Shown here in pieces: positions 61,676-64,000 of a stretch of DNA of 64,000 nucleotides. Location of the stretch: NCBI RefSeq assembly GCF_000143415.4, contig NW_003314285.1:207102-271101 (forward strand), written 5' to 3'. This DNA is from Selaginella moellendorffii. Taxonomy: Eukaryota; Plantae; Lycopodiophyta. The notes beneath the pieces were generated by a model. That model saw only the letters and a list, made by a program, of their open reading frames with translations, was not told the DNA's origin and did not search any database. The position numbers and the translations under genes are program-made. Within the stretch, counting starts at the first letter, position 1. Each line of letters starts with the position of its first letter.

Positions 61676-62115
61676 TGCTTCGCTACACCTCGCCCCAGAT
61701 CAAAATATTTACCCTACACCTGGAAGAATCGCCAGCGCCCGGGTCAAGCCAGCACAATTCCGCTCAATTCCTCACTCCCAGCTCCAGCAGCGGCACCATT
61801 GCCGCGCGCTCCTGACCTAAACACCGCAAACACCAGATCTCTCGCTCACTTACCTGGAGAAATCTCCCCGGGATCGCGGCCGAGCTGCCGCGAGCATCCA
61901 TGCACTGGGAGGCACTGATCGAAGCCCCGTCCAGGGCGCGCCGCTGGAGACGCGCAAGAGAAAGATTCAAGAAACAACAGTGTGAATATGCTATATAGGC
62001 GAATATGCCACCAGACATTCCGCGTTCTAGACGCCGTCAATGTGGACCAAACGAGAGCATTAATTATTCCGTCAAGTAGCAAAACATTATATATTCCGTC
62101 TAGTAACAAAATCTA

Positions 62116-63471
62116 CTAGCTCGAGAGCGATGGGAACAATCTATTGGCTAATAGCGAGATGAGCTTTCCTCCTGGATGGATCGCATCGAAGAATATGTAT
62201 TTGGAGCGATCAAAGCACAGTCCAAAGTAGCTCTGGCAGCCATCGCCAATCTCCGTGGTGCCACTCCCACAACAGCCACGATCCACGGTGGTATATCCTG
62301 GGAAAATAAGGGAATCTATATTATATACGAAGACAATGGTTAAAACTATAGCTCACCGTATGTGGCCGGATTGCTTATGGCGTCCCGGGTGATGTTGAAA
62401 GCATCGTAGTTGTAGTAGTAGCGGAAGCCGGAGAGGCTCGCGGAGAGATTCCTGAGCATATTCTCCACGGCCACGTCGAACGCGTAGACGATACCGTTGG
62501 TCGTCTCGTTGCACATCGATCGACACGTAGCGTTGTACGGGCCACACATGAGTGTAAGCGTGATGGGCGTGCATCCCAGCGGTCCAATTGCGGACACGAT
62601 GAATCTCCGGCATCCAATGCTGTAGATGTCCTGGAAATAATTACCAAGTATTAGTAGATTTTAATATTAATAATATTAGTATTGTTAATATTTTTAATTA
62701 TTATTACCTGGATACGAGTGGAGAGTGTGTTGACGAGCAAGGTTCTAAAATCGGCATCGCTGAGGCTTGCGGTGGTGCTGTCCATGCTTTTGTATGAAAA
62801 ATCATTGGATCCAATGCTTATGAGGCAGAAGGCATTCCGAATTCGCGAAGCCGCAGCAGTGGCACCTTCCACGGCTTGTAGTCTCTGAGTGACATTTCGA
62901 AACCACTCGACTTGGACGCTGAAGGTGTATGGAGTTTGCAATACCTTGGGGAAAAGGAGCCATATCAACAACATTCTTACAAGAATCATAAGAGTTCTTA
63001 CAAGGTTGCTGGAGAGCTTATCGATGATTGCAGCTCCCCCGGATGCGAAGTTAACACCTTGAGTGAGATTCATTCCATTTGCAGATGGATGGAGAAACGG
63101 AAAAGCTCTAGCAACACCAATGTATTGCGCTGCATCGATCAACAACAACCATTACCAAATATTAGCTCACTTTCGTCAACTCTAAAGATTATAGAGGGTG
63201 TACCAATAAGATCGGGGAGGACTAATGCATTGGAGAAGCGGCCAGTGGGAGCTTGATTATCGTAATCACATCCATATGGAGTGTGATTTGCTCTTGCGAT
63301 CGAGAAGTATGTGTTGAGATAGTTGTTGTTTCCTGCATCCACTGTTGAATCTCCAAAGCAGAAAACCGCTGTTGCATTTGTACTGTTTCCCAGTTGGGCC
63401 GTTGCTGCGGTGCCAAGGAGCAAGAGCAGCAATGGGATGAAGACGATCACTAAGCTTACAAACTTTGCCAT
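62116..63471 (-). CDS. Secreted GDSL esterase/lipase, multi-exon
   Basis: Signal peptide; block I FCFGDSTVDAGNN; PTGRFSN; GVNFASGG; SIGSND; GPLGCTP; CCGSG; FFDAIHP (DxxH). Confidence 0.93.
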
Positions 63472-64000
63472 CTTGTTCTAAAATCAAATTATGCGATGAG
63501 TAAACTTTGTTTGATCTAGATGATAGTTTTTGTGCAGCATTACTGCCCCTTTTATTTAATAAGAATCGAAATTTCTCTGCAATTTACAACTTCTCGTAAT
63601 CGTATTGGATCTGGACTAGATAGAGATTCCAAACTTTTCCTACCACCTTTTTGCAGCATCAAATCCACTGACGCGCTAAACCAGCCAGTAGAGTGAAGAG
63701 ATCCCAGATCTAATTCACTTTATAAGTCGGTGTTCCTGGATTGTTCCTCGAAAACTCTCAAGGCTTGGAGTCTTCCCATGATATTATATAAGTTTTAAAG
63801 TCCATATATATTATATGACAGCACTGGGGATGGCTGACGATCCCACGAACCACGAAGTCGTATTGGTCGTGAGCTCGAATCCACTCTCGAGAGCCCCTTG
63901 AAACTAGCGAGTGATATTTCGATATGATCATCCCTATCCATAGGCCGGGCACTGGCCGGCTTGGCATTCCAAATCCAACAAACAATGTCAACACCAAACG

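Noticed and set aside
63758-63997. 79-aa minus-strand ORF at the window end
   Set aside because: No recognisable motif or splice context, so it cannot be supported.

Overview
This is gene-dense eukaryotic nuclear DNA from a land plant. The very short introns (about 50-90 nt), tight gene spacing, ARABIDILLO-like gene and PPR genes built from ~31-aa repeats fit a lycophyte such as Selaginella (inference). About 23 protein-coding genes can be reconstructed by eye: two PLS/E-type PPRs, At4g15545-like, VAP27-like, PH-RhoGAP (REN-like), DDRGK1, a large uncharacterised repeat protein with TFxP/ERL-like motifs, a histidine phosphatase (PGM-like), PDF1-like, a KEG-like kinase, ARABIDILLO-like, an intronless CAMK-group kinase, BASS2, ITPK, GRF, a 2OG-Fe(II) dioxygenase, a secreted Cys-repeat protein, an ATX-like H3K4 methyltransferase, MED6, CRLK1-like, Pti1-like and a GDSL lipase. 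The most notable items are: (1) an unrecognised secreted protein with four C-x3-C...C-x2-C modules; (2) a frameshifted S-protein-homologue-like gene next to an AT-rich island; (3) a protist-like repeat protein that may be linked to flagellated sperm; (4) a GRF with no miR396 site and a ~9 kb upstream region rich in palindromic GRF/TCP/GT-like motifs; (5) a tandem P1BS/HSE array upstream of DDRGK1; (6) a decayed partial duplicate of the RhoGAP; (7) MED6 and CRLK1-like stop codons only 11 bp apart. Exon boundaries were read manually and no database searches were run.
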